Assembly (NCBI GenBank): GCA_934130935.1
Contig: CAKOYQ010000008.1
Location: 1,865 to 65,864 of the forward strand
Origin: an uncultured Clostridia bacterium
GTDB taxonomy: Bacteria > Bacillota > Clostridia > TANB77 > CAG-508
DNA length: 64,000 nt
Direction of reading: 5' to 3'
The position numbers and the translations under genes were made by a program. Shown here one piece after another: positions 1 to 10,800 of this stretch. Numbering within the stretch: the first letter of the stretch is position 1; each line of letters starts with the position of its first letter. A model generated the notes under the pieces. That model was not told the DNA's origin, did not search any database, and was given only the letters and a program-made list of their open reading frames with translations.

Positions 1-3000
1 ATCATTTTCATTATTAACAGTTGCTTTTACTCTTATATAATTACCGTCTGAAGCCGATGATTTTATTACAAACTCTACTCCTGGTAATACTTTATTTATA
101 GCTGTTTCATCTTTCTTTATTATATGTATTTCTCCTACCTGAGAAATATTTATAACCTTTTGTATTTTTTCTATATCATTAATTGGCAAATCATCTTGTA
201 TTTGTACAAATGCATAACTACTATTTTCTCCCTCTTGTAAATAATAATTAATAGTTCGTCCATTAATTTGTTTTAATAAGTTATTAATCTTAATTTCTCC
301 TGTTGTATTTGTTATAAATACTGTAGCATCATCTTCAGTAGTATATGTGTATGTTGGATTATTTATAATATCATCTGTATCATCTATTCTTACTGTTCCA
401 GTAACTTGTCTTATCCAACCACCTTCTCCTTTTTCGATTTGTTCTCCTTCAACTGCATTTCCTTTTATTTTTACATATTTCTTTCCGCTTCCATCATCTG
501 CTTTCAATTTAAATTTTATACCTTCAAGTCTTTCTTCTTCTTGATCTTCATCTTCATCTACTTCTACTATTCCTCCTGTTCCTTCTGAGGCTTTACCTAC
601 TTTTATAATATGCAAATCTCCAACCTGTTTTTCATTTTTTATAACTTCATTAGTTGGTTCAGATGGTGACATTCCATCTACAACACTTGTTATCATTTTA
701 GTAAAACCATAATTATTATTTGCTGTTTCATAAATAGTATATTCTCCACATTGTAGGTTTCTTATTGCTATCTTTCCACTGCTATCTGTTGTAATTGTAC
801 TTGGGCTTGAATTAAATTCAACTTTATATCCTGCCTCTCCATTTATTGTTGCATTTCCATTGTCATCTAGTACAATTTCATTTCCAACAATTTGTCCTAC
901 TCTTGAGCCATTTTTTGATATACTTATATACTTATTGTCAGCATTTTTTATATTAAAATCTACATTCTTTTGTACAACACTTTCATTATCATAATCAACT
1001 TTTGTTATTATTAAATCTCCTTTTACATCATAGCTAACCGGTATAGTTATTGTTTTTGAAATAGTTGTATCTTTGCTTTCTTTACCAAATTTACTCTCTG
1101 TACGTTTCATATCTTGTGTTACACTATTAGCTTTTTTAGGACAATAATCTGGGCTTAATTTTTTTGTATCATATATATATGTAATATTATTTTTATATGT
1201 TCTATATTTATAGTCTTTAATTGTTTGTCTTCCTGTAATTTTTATGTATTCAACACCTGTAACATCATTACTTATTTTTATATAAAACTCTTTATCTCCT
1301 TTTAAGTCTCCTATTGTTAGAGTTTTTCCCTTACTGTCTACAGTAGTTGCTGTGTGTTCTTTTCCTCCATATTTAATTTTAATTGTAGATTCCGTAGTAC
1401 TAACATTACAATTTATCTTAAATGGTCCTATTATATTATTTTTATCATCTAATACAGATGTACCAGTTTCACCTGTATTATTTTTTAATTTGATTGTAGT
1501 CACACCTGACTTAGTTTTCCAACTACTAGTATAGGTCTTCGATTTTTTTGTTTTTATAAGTGTTGCCGCATGCCATTGATTACAAAATCTATTACCTTTT
1601 TGGTTACAATGATATATTTTGCCATCACTTCCCTTAGCATACTTTATCTTTCCATTTACAAGAACACCTCTTATTTTTATATGTTTATCAGCTCCATAAA
1701 CTTGTTGCATATTTCCTACTAAGCATATTGCAAAAACAATTACAAATAAAGCTCGTTTTAATATTTTTCTATCTTTCCAGATTAATATTGCTAATATTAC
1801 TAATACTGCAATAGTAAATATTGTAATACCTAACCATCTCATTAAACCTGTTGCTACACCAATAATTACTTGTGCATTTGAAGAATTATTTTCTGCATTG
1901 CCATCTTCTATAGCTTTATCATTATTACTCATTCCTATTGATGCTATATTAGTAATTGTACCTACATTATTACTATTAATATCTTTAGTTAACACTAAAC
2001 TTATTTCTTTACTATCTCCAACACCTATTGTTTGTTGTGATAAGCTGTTTGAGTACAAATTACCATTACTTTCATACCAGTTTTTATTCAATTCTGATTT
2101 GAATTTTAAACCATCTGGCAATTTATCTACTATTTGAACTGCTTTTCCATCTATTTCTCCATTGTTTGTAATAACAATTTTGTATTCTATTATTACTGTT
2201 GCTCCATTAATTTTTTTAGAATGTATTTCTGCTTTTGCAAATTGTTTATTATCATATGTATATGTTTTTATTTTTCCATCATTTGTTTGTACTGTAATTT
2301 TACTTATATATTTTTTTAATCCTAAGTCAAAATCTCTTTTTTCTATTAATCCAATATCTACATTCTTTAAATCTGATTCTGCTGTTAGTGAATTTGTTAA
2401 TCCAGCTGTTACTGTATTACCATCTATTCCTATAGTTTTGGTAATTGCATCAGAATTTTTAGATTCGATTACTCCCTCTTTTTGATATTCTGTTAATGTA
2501 TATGCATTTGTATCATATAAAAATACTACAATATATTGTCCTTTACTTATATTAGTAAATTCATATTCTCCATTTGAATTTGTTTGAACCTTTTTATTTT
2601 CATTGTTTTCTTTAACAAAGGTACTATTTTTATAATCATATAACATAACTGTCATATTGCTATATGTTTTTTCATTTGTTGTCCTTTTTCCATCTTCATT
2701 TTCATCTATCCAAGCTATACCTGATATTGATATTTTTGACTTTGATGGATTTTCTGGGTTATCTGGATTGTTTGGATTATCTGGGCTATCTGGGCTATCT
2801 GGGTTATCTGGGTTATTTGGGTTGTCTGGATTATCTGGATTATCTGGATTGTCTGGATTGTCTGGATTGTCTGGATTATCTGGTTCTCCTGAGTCTCCAT
2901 TCTTTAAAATCGTAGTTGTTACACTAGCTGCTTTATCTTTTATGTAATCACCTGTAACAGCCATAGTATTAGTAATTTTTGTTTTTTCATCAAGTGCCTT

Positions 3001-6000
3001 TACTTTTGCTTTTATTGTCATCGTTATTGTTTTTCCTTCAGGAATTAACCAATCTTGATTTACATTAGGAGCATCTTCTTCATCATATCCTTCTGGGATT
3101 TCCAGTACTGACAAATCTTCTGTCACTTCTTGCTCTGTAAAAACTTGTACTGTATGTTCTAACTCTGGAAATTCTTCGTCTTGAACCGTCTTTTCTTCTA
3201 AATCAAATTCATTATATGTAATACTAATTGGCTCTAACTCTCTTGGTATAATATCTTGTGCATTTACTTTTGTGTATGTAGAAAATTCTCCAAATGTTTT
3301 TCCCGTATTTTTTATATTTACTGTATATGTTATTTCTTCATCTGCTTTTAAAGTTTCTTTATCTGATGTCATACTAACATCAACAGCTTCTATATATCCA
3401 GTCATTCTTGTCTCATTTGATAAATATGTAGAATTATTAACAGAAATTGATGAAATTCCATTCATTTCATATTCTCCATTTTCTGGTTCTCCTATATCTC
3501 CCATCTTTCCTGTTATAATAAATTCATAAAATCCATCTTCTATTTCACCATCTTCGTTTGTTTTTATAGCATTTAATTTGTCCATTGTATAAGACCAAAC
3601 ATTTCCTTCTGCTGTTCCAAGTTCAATACTTCCTGTTTCATCTTCTTTTCCTTCTTCTACTTCCTCACTTATTTCTTCTTCATTTATTTCCTCTTCGCCT
3701 GTTGTTCCTTCATCTATTTCTTCAGCCATTCCCTGAACATCTCTTATCTCAAATCCAGGAGTTGTCTCAAATGCTACTTTTATATTTTTCAATTCTTTGT
3801 CTGTTAAGTTTGTAACTAAAAGTCTATATATCCATGATCTTCTTGTATTGATTCCTAGTAAACATTGTAATTCTACGCTAACCTCTGCTTGTTTTATTGT
3901 ATTTTGTACATTAAATTGAGTTGCAACACCTCCATTAATTTGTAAATCATAATTTATATTTGTTTGTTTTTCTTGTACATCATTATTTAAATCATTTACT
4001 TTTAATTCTATAAAATCTGTTTTTGTTTCTCCTGCATTTACATCTAATTCGATTTTAACTTGTTTGTTTTCTTGAGGTTTATATTCATATACATCACTAT
4101 ATTCATAATATCCCTTTTCTTGGTTTTTAATTGACCCTCCTGTTTCTAATTTAACATATGTCATTTCATCTGGAACATTAATAGTTAAATTAACTTTTTT
4201 AGATGTTGTATTATTATTTGTAACTTTTACATTATGTTTTATAATCTGTTCTTCATATACAGTTCCATCATCAGGAATTTTATTAGTTCCTACTTCTTCT
4301 ATTATTTCAACTTTCACTCCATCTTTTTCAAAAACTGATGTGCTCGTATTTTGTCCATTATCCTCTGAATTTTGTTGGTTTGTAGTAGTATATATTTGAG
4401 GAGCAATATTTATAACCTTATTTAAAAGTGCAATATCTGTTTCTTTACTTTCTGTTGTAGATGTCATTTCATTTGAATATGTATATTTTATAATTCCAAC
4501 TTTATTTTCTAATTGTTTTGTTACATTAATTGTTGCAGGTATTCTTATATTTGTTCCCTCAACTACAGAAGCCTGTCCATAAGCTGTTTGTCTTCCTTGT
4601 AGTTGTATATTAATAACTTTATTTCCATTACTATTTGTGCTAACTTTTGAGTCTACAATATTAAACACTTGATTATCATACATAATCTCAGGAGTACCTA
4701 TATTAATGTTTTCTACTTCTGCTGGCATTTCTATAGATATACTAGGATTTTTAAATAAGCTATATTGTGGTCCATCTGTTCTTAATGCTGCTGTAATTAT
4801 TACATCATTTTGTGTATTATTAACTAATGTATCCTTATCTAATTTTACATCCATATTAGAAACTGCTTGTCTAATCTCAGTATTAATTTTGCCATTGCGT
4901 TCATATTTTACTAAATCTGATGTCTCTGTTTCTTTTTCTCCATTACTTTTTTCAACTTCTGTTGTTATTGTATTTATTCCTTTTATAAAAACTTGTGTTG
5001 GAATTGTTTTTTCTGTTATTTGAGCACTCGCTTCTATAACTCTTGAATTTTGTAATTCAATAATCCCTTCTTTAGCTAAATCTTTTAATTGTATTATTAT
5101 ATTTTGTACTCTATTTTTATATGTAATCTTTATTTTTCCGTTTTCATCTGTTTCTGCATCTTTATTTATTGTTTTTAAAACCTTTCCATTCTCATCAAGT
5201 ACATCTATACTTCCTTTATCCCCAAGCATATCTAACATTTGATTTTTGTCTACACTCGTTTCTTTATATAATGATATCTCAGAATTTTCCTTTACTTCTA
5301 TTTTTTGTGCTATATCCTTATTACTTACCATTATTCTTAATGTCTCATTATATGCTGTATCATAATTATTTCCAGTATTTAAAGTATTTGCTGTTATATA
5401 TCCATCATATACTTTATCTGTTTTATGTTCTATTGATACAACTCCACTAATATTATCTGTACAAGTGTATTCCTCTTCTACCTTGTTTGATATTGTTGTT
5501 TTTTGCTCATCATTAAGCATTTCATATGTAATTAATTGTACTTTTAGGGCATTTTCTTGATTATTAGTATAACACTCACTATTATAAATACAAATTATTT
5601 CATACTCATCTCTTGAATCTGCAACTTTTTCGGTATATCCATTGTTTTCTGCTGTTATTGAAAGAGTTCCTGTACTTGCATGGTATTCATAACTTGCCTC
5701 TTTTCCCCCATTTGTAGCTTGTGTTGATTTTGTTAAAACTTCAACTCTTTCTGGCTTATAATTACCTATCCATGGTAAATCAATGTTTGTGGTAGTTTTT
5801 TGTATAGGTACATATTCCTCGCCTTCTGCAAATTCAATCCCTGTTTTTAGATTAAATTGAACAAGAACTCCCTTACTTCCAGTATCACTGCTCTCTGTAG
5901 TAGTATCAAAGTTCTCATATTTAGTTAAATTAATTTCTGCTAATGCTTTTACTTTTTCTTCTAAATTTGTTTGAATAGCATCAACTGCTTCTGATATCAA

Positions 6001-6066
6001 AATCATAATTGAACTATTTAGTAAAAAAATCATTAGCATAAAAATGCAACACAATTTTCTCTTCAT
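1..6066 (-). CDS. Giant surface adhesin (DUF11 / CnaB-SdrD-B-like repeats; DNP linker), >=2021 aa, 3' end outside window
   Basis: Hand reverse-complement gives RBS GGAGGAG, then ATG (complement of 6064-6066) and signal peptide MKRKLCCIFMLMIFLL. The ORF track lists no complete minus-strand ORF here, consistent with one open frame running past position 1. Composition and domains resemble the two downstream adhesins. Confidence 0.6.
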   Translation of the reverse strand, partial: MKRKLCCIFMLMIFLLNSSIMILISEAVDAIQTNLEEKVKALAEINLTKYENFDTTTESSDTGSKGVLVQFNLKTGIEFAEGEEYVPIQKTTTNIDLPWIGNYKPERVEVLTKSTQATNGGKEASYEYHASTGTLSITAENNGYTEKVADSRDEYEIICIYNSECYTNNQENALKVQLITYEMLNDEQKTTISNKVEEEYTCTDNISGVVSIEHKTDKVYDGYITANTLNTGNNYDTAYNETLRIMVSNKDIAQKIEVKENSEISLYKETSVDKNQMLDMLGDKGSIDVLDENGKVLKTINKDAETDENGKIKITYKNRVQNIIIQLKDLAKEGIIELQNSRVIEASAQITEKTIPTQVFIKGINTITTEVEKSNGEKETETSDLVKYERNGKINTEIRQAVSNMDVKLDKDTLVNNTQNDVIITAALRTDGPQYSLFKNPSISIEMPAEVENINIGTPEIMYDNQVFNIVDSKVSTNSNGNKVINIQLQGRQTAYGQASVVEGTNIRIPATINVTKQLENKVGIIKYTYSNEMTSTTESKETDIALLNKVINIAPQIYTTTNQQNSEDNGQNTSTSVFEKDGVKVEIIEEVGTNKIPDDGTVYEEQIIKHNVKVTNNNTTSKKVNLTINVPDEMTYVKLETGGSIKNQEKGYYEYSDVYEYKPQENKQVKIELDVNAGETKTDFIELKVNDLNNDVQEKQTNINYDLQINGGVATQFNVQNTIKQAEVSVELQCLLGINTRRSWIYRLLVTNLTDKELKNIKVAFETTPGFEIRDVQGMAEEIDEGTTGEEEINEEEISEEVEEGKEDETGSIELGTAEGNVWSYTMDKLNAIKTNEDGEIEDGFYEFIITGKMGDIGEPENGEYEMNGISSISVNNSTYLSNETRMTGYIEAVDVSMTSDKETLKADEEITYTVNIKNTGKTFGEFSTYTKVNAQDIIPRELEPISITYNEFDLEEKTVQDEEFPELEHTVQVFTEQEVTEDLSVLEIPEGYDEEDAPNVNQDWLIPEGKTITMTIKAKVKALDEKTKITNTMAVTGDYIKDKAASVTTTILKNGDSGEPDNPDNPDNPDNPDNPDNPDNPNNPDNPDSPDSPDNPNNPDNPENPSKSKISISGIAWIDENEDGKRTTNEKTYSNMTVMLYDYKNSTFVKENNENKKVQTNSNGEYEFTNISKGQYIVVFLYDTNAYTLTEYQKEGVIESKNSDAITKTIGIDGNTVTAGLTNSLTAESDLKNVDIGLIEKRDFDLGLKKYISKITVQTNDGKIKTYTYDNKQFAKAEIHSKKINGATVIIEYKIVITNNGEIDGKAVQIVDKLPDGLKFKSELNKNWYESNGNLYSNSLSQQTIGVGDSKEISLVLTKDINSNNVGTITNIASIGMSNNDKAIEDGNAENNSSNAQVIIGVATGLMRWLGITIFTIAVLVILAILIWKDRKILKRALFVIVFAICLVGNMQQVYGADKHIKIRGVLVNGKIKYAKGSDGKIYHCNQKGNRFCNQWHAATLIKTKKSKTYTSSWKTKSGVTTIKLKNNTGETGTSVLDDKNNIIGPFKINCNVSTTESTIKIKYGGKEHTATTVDSKGKTLTIGDLKGDKEFYIKISNDVTGVEYIKITGRQTIKDYKYRTYKNNITYIYDTKKLSPDYCPKKANSVTQDMKRTESKFGKESKDTTISKTITIPVSYDVKGDLIITKVDYDNESVVQKNVDFNIKNADNKYISISKNGSRVGQIVGNEIVLDDNGNATINGEAGYKVEFNSSPSTITTDSSGKIAIRNLQCGEYTIYETANNNYGFTKMITSVVDGMSPSEPTNEVIKNEKQVGDLHIIKVGKASEGTGGIVEVDEDEDQEEERLEGIKFKLKADDGSGKKYVKIKGNAVEGEQIEKGEGGWIRQVTGTVRIDDTDDIINNPTYTYTTEDDATVFITNTTGEIKINNLLKQINGRTINYYLQEGENSSYAFVQIQDDLPINDIEKIQKVINISQVGEIHIIKKDETAINKVLPGVEFVIKSSASDGNYIRVKATVNNEND
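2751..2894 (-). repeat. About 16 tandem copies of a 9-bp unit (ctggattat/ctggattgt) encoding a (D/N)NP linker inside the giant adhesin
   Basis: Direct tandem periodicity is visible. The out-of-frame track ORF 2715..2900 shows the same repeat as TIQ/IIQ. Confidence 0.8.
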
Positions 6067-6275
6067 CTTTCTTCTCCTCCATTTTTGCTATATAATATAA
6101 TATATAATTATATGATAAAATGTTTCGGAGTTTTAGTCAATAAGCTTACTCCTGCCAAGATTGTAGTTGCTTTTCATGTGCTTACGGATTTTCATTTTTC
6201 TGGAATTATTTCATTTTTATTACATTTTGTTATCTTTTTTGCTACAAATTATACCAAATTATGCCTTTTTTCTTA

Positions 6276-6467
6276 GGGCAATAGGGGAAAATGGGGACAT
6301 ATGGGGTCGGTTCCATTTTGGCACTGGGACATTTGGGGTCGGTTCCATTTTTGCCCTTTTTATAACATAGATATTTAATATTAATAATTATTGTATTTAA
6401 AAAGGGCAAAAATGGAACCGACCCCAAATGCCCCAGTGCCAAAACGGAACCGACCCCATATGTCCCC
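6276..6467. repeat. GC-rich 190-bp palindromic element: two 64-bp inverted arms (6293-6356 and 6404-6467, 2 mismatches) around a 47-bp AT spacer
   Basis: Each arm holds two tandem units of about 31 bp, GGGACAT(A/T)TGGGGTCGGTTCCATTTT. Read directly from the sequence. Confidence 0.85.
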
Positions 6468-6475
6468 AAAATGTT

Positions 6476-7717
6476 CTACTCAAAAGTTATGTCTTCTCCC
6501 ATAGTTGCTTTAATCTTACCTAATTCTTTTTGTAACATTGTATATGTTTGCTGTCCGATTGACATATCTTGTCCACTCTCATAATTTGTAATTGCTTTTT
6601 TTATGTCCAAAACTTTATATCTTTGAGAAATACCTGTAGGCATTTTATACATATATATTGGCACATATTCCACTTTAGTTAAAACCGTTTTTTTATCTTT
6701 TTCATTCTTTAAAATATCGATGTTCAATATGACTGAACTCCTTGTGTTCTCTTTGGTTTGTCCTGACATAAAATTTCCCAAAGAGTATATTACAAAACAG
6801 TTTTTTACAGTTCCATCTTCTAGTTTTATAGTCCTCCTCTCCATAGGTTGTAATACATGCGGATGACTTCCCAATATAATATCTACTCCATTATTAAATA
6901 GAAAATCCGCTAATTTCTCTTGTTCAGAATTTTGTTTATTTTGATATTCTATTCCCCAATGCATGCTAACACATATTAGATCTGGCTCTTCTTGTTTTGC
7001 TAATTTTATTTGTTTTAATATTAACTCTTCATCTATTAAATTAACTGCAAAGCTCTTATCTTTAGGGACTGGTATTCCATTTGTTCCGTAGGTAAATGAT
7101 AAAAATGCTATTTTAATACCATTTGAATTTTTTACCAGAATTTTATTTTGTTGTTCTTCTGTCTCATTTGTTCCTGTATGTGCAATTTCCGCTTCATCCA
7201 GATATTTTAGTGTACTTACAAGTCCTGCATAATTTGTATCCATACAATGATTGTTTGCAGTTGATAACACATCAATTCCGCAATCCTTTAGATTTTTTGC
7301 AAGTTGCTCTGGTGTATTAAATCTTGGATAATTACTATATCCTTTTTCCTTGCCAGCAAATGTAGTTTCTAAATTACCTATTGATATATCTGCTGAATTT
7401 ATGTATTGTTTTATATCTGAAAATACATATGAAAAATCATATGTTCCAGTAGTTGAATTATATGCATCTTTATATTGTGAATTATGGCACATTATATCTC
7501 CTATAACAGTCATTTTAATATATGTGTTTTTGGGCTCCTGTTCCATATTTTCTTCATCAGATTTTGGTTCATTAATTTCTTGTTCAATCTGTATTTCTCC
7601 TATATCTTTATCTTTTTTTCTAAAAAGATTTTTATATATGGAGATGCTTGTAAAGGTTAATATAGCTATTATTAAAAATATAACAATTATTTTTTTATCT
7701 TTCATTTTTTCTCTCAT
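6476..7717 (-). CDS. CapA/PgsA-family metallophosphatase (poly-gamma-glutamate/capsule biosynthesis-like), N-terminal TM
   Basis: N-terminal TM helix. Motifs VIGDIMCH, STANNHCMD and ICVSMHWG match the CapA metallophosphoesterase family. Confidence 0.65.
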   Translation of the reverse strand: MREKMKDKKIIVIFLIIAILTFTSISIYKNLFRKKDKDIGEIQIEQEINEPKSDEENMEQEPKNTYIKMTVIGDIMCHNSQYKDAYNSTTGTYDFSYVFSDIKQYINSADISIGNLETTFAGKEKGYSNYPRFNTPEQLAKNLKDCGIDVLSTANNHCMDTNYAGLVSTLKYLDEAEIAHTGTNETEEQQNKILVKNSNGIKIAFLSFTYGTNGIPVPKDKSFAVNLIDEELILKQIKLAKQEEPDLICVSMHWGIEYQNKQNSEQEKLADFLFNNGVDIILGSHPHVLQPMERRTIKLEDGTVKNCFVIYSLGNFMSGQTKENTRSSVILNIDILKNEKDKKTVLTKVEYVPIYMYKMPTGISQRYKVLDIKKAITNYESGQDMSIGQQTYTMLQKELGKIKATMGEDITFE

Positions 7718-7828
7718 CTTCTTCGCCCTTTCTTTTTACAATTTATCATATTTTAACAAATTTTTCAATAAAAAGAGAACTACACATTTAGCTCTCGCCT
7801 AATATGAGTTCCCTTAGCTTATGTTATA

Positions 7829-10800
7829 TTATTTTTTCATAGTTTTTTTCTTTATTAAAACTATTCCACCTGCTATAACTATTAATCCTACTACTGCAGA
7901 TATTATATATATTGCTGTATAAGTCTTTATACCTGTTGGTGGTGTTACTATTATTCTAACTCTATCATCATCTTGTTGATGCTCACTTCCTAAAGCTGGT
8001 ATATAATTACCTGGTTGATATTCTTTATCCTCTTGTGCTCTTGTATTATCTTCTACTTTCTTTATTGTCCTAGCTATTTTGCTATTAATTCCTATTATTT
8101 CAACATGATTATCATATATAGAATTATCTTCCTGATTTGCTAATGTTGTGCTTGCATATATTGTACTTGTTTTTGTCTCGCCTGGTCCTAAATCCGCAAA
8201 TGTATTTGTTTCAATAGTTTGCAATTCTCTGTTCTTTATAGTCTCATATGTCATATCTCCATCTGTGTCATTCTCTTTATATGATATATATCCATTATCT
8301 TTTAGGTAATCAGCATTTATTATTTGTGTTTCATTATCTTCTTGTTTTTGTCTGAACCAATCTCCATTATTTACACCTTCAGGATCTCCTTCATAGTCAC
8401 TTCCAACTTTACAATTAAGTCTTGAATTCATATAATCAACTACTGTCTCTGCTGATCTTGTTATTATATTTAAACCATTCTTATCTCCATAATAATAGTA
8501 ATTTGCTTGTGAGTCTGTTGTTATAAAATTCAATTTTTGGTTTTCTTCTTTTTTACTGTTAATAATATCAGTATAATCTTTTTCATAATCATAATCTTTT
8601 TCACTGTCATTTGTAGCTGTTATTGAATACCAAACTTCTAATTTTGCCCCTTGTGTCAATTCTGAGTCTAATTCTATTGTTAGCATTTTATCTAATGTTG
8701 AAAATTCAGCTATCTCTCTACCATTTTCATCTGTATTTGTTTTAAATCCTATAGCTTTAACATAATTCATTTTGTCTTTTCTTGGATCTCCCTCTAATAG
8801 TATTTGTCCATTTGCTAATGTTAGTTTTATTTTAGAAATAGTTTTTTCTATTTTTAAATCTTCTCTTGCTCTTTCAATTATTCCAAAATCAAATACTCCC
8901 CAATCGCTTTGAAAGTCTCCACCATTTTCATCAACTTGTGCTTCTTGTGATTGTGTATATTCAACTTTTACATTAAATTCCTTACTATATGCTGACATAT
9001 TTATTCCATTATTATAGTTGTCATATTTTAATGTTCCAATTTCTAATCTTTCTTTTAAATCATCTGTTGCAACTGATGTATCTACATTTTCATTCATATA
9101 TAAATGCCACGTATTTGAATCTTTGCCTTGCATTACGCTCTTAACATTATCTTCTGTTATTATTGTAGATTTGTAATTTCTTGCATTTATAAATGTCTTT
9201 CCTCCATCTATTGTTGTTTTTCTGTCTTCATCTGCATTTCCATATGTATATTTTATAATGTAATCATCTACTACTACACCACAAGTTCCTGCTTCTCCAA
9301 ATGTATAATTACCATTTGAATCAGTATATGTTATAGCTGGTTTTTTATTTGCTCCTTTTTCAGCAGATGTATCTTTGTAATATAAATATGCTGTTTCTCC
9401 TGTATTAGGATCTATTAGTTCAACTTTAACATTTTCTACGCCTTTCTCATTTTCTTCTTTTTGTCCATTTCCTAATCTTTCTTTATCCTTTTGACTTTCT
9501 TGTGTTTGTGTATCTTCATATACAATTCCTGATAGTGTCTTATAATTAGGATCTTTCTTTAATAAGAATGATGGTGCTCTATCTGTATCATCTTCATATG
9601 TGTCTACATTTCCTGGAGTTGCATTTCCTGGTGTTGAGTCAATATCTAATCCTGCATATTGTTTACCAACTTTTCCTTTTACTTCTGCTGTTTCTCTCTC
9701 TGCACATATTGTATCTTTTCCATAATGTGTTGTATATGAGAATATTTCAGAAACATTAAATAATGTTGCATCGTCATTTAGTAGTCCTTTTATTCTATCT
9801 TGATTTACTTCAAATTCAATTTTTATTATTTCTGATTTTGATTCTGGTTGTAATTCAACTTTATTTGTATTGTATGCTATTTTATATCCATTATTATCTC
9901 CACTTGCTTCTTGCCATCCAGATGATGTTGCTGTTCCTTGTCCTGTATATATCGTATAATTACTGTCATAGTAATTTACTATACTATTTATAGTCATTGG
10001 CAATGTATTTGATTGATTTTTTAAGATTATATTATATGTTACATATACTCTTAAATCATCTGTGTTGTTGTAATTTACATATGCTATATCTGATGGATTT
10101 ACAGGTCTACTATATGTTTGAGTATATTTGTTTCCAAATTTAACTTTGTAATCAAATAATTCTTCGTTATCTTGTATTCCTCTATTTCCATATTTATATG
10201 TATATTCTTGGCCTTTCATTATAACTCTAACTTTTTCAATATCTGATGTTATTGCTGCATCTGGTTGTTCTCTTCTTACTAATCCTAAATTCATATTTTT
10301 TATGTTCCATACATAAATTCCATCTACACTCTTTCTACAATCTCTATTTATTGGCCCATCTTTTTCATCTGCTGAATAATAATGACATTCACTACCCTTA
10401 GAGGTATTAATTGCATCACCTATTATCTTCTTTATTGATGGTTTATTGTTTCCATCTGCCCAGTATCCACTTGGATCATTCATCTCAACTTGTTGATCAC
10501 AATATATCTTTAGATAAGAACTTCCATGTGTTTCTTGGTAAACTACATGATGTCCATCTTTTTCTTCGCAATGGTCTGCACAGAACTTTTTAGTTTCTAT
10601 CCATTTATTTTTTTCAGTATCTGTCAATATTTTTGTAGTAATACCTTGCGTTGAAGCTGATACTGCAAATTCTGATGCATAATTTGAGTCTGTAATTTTA
10701 GTATTTGGTAATTCTGATATTATTGCTTTATCTCCATCATAAACAGCTTTATTTTCAACTTTGTCAAACTTCTCATCTAATATTGTTCTTTTTTGTTCAT

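Noticed and set aside
2745-2900. Possible CRISPR array (short tandem repeats)
   Set aside because: The units are contiguous 9-bp coding repeats without spacers, inside an ORF. The 6.3-kb GC-rich repeat is likewise inverted and multi-unit, not repeat-spacer. No cas genes are present.
347-5450. Several 60-187-aa plus-strand ORFs from the track inside 1-6066 and inside the 7.8-16.6 kb region
   Set aside because: Low-complexity, hydrophobic or Leu/Phe-rich translations antisense to long, clearly coding minus-strand adhesin genes; no RBS. These are antisense artefacts.
6242-6469. 75-aa minus-strand ORF and 67-aa plus-strand ORF (6167..6370) across the palindrome
   Set aside because: They read straight through the GC-rich inverted repeat (a mirror-image peptide, GTYGVGS...); an artefact of the palindrome.
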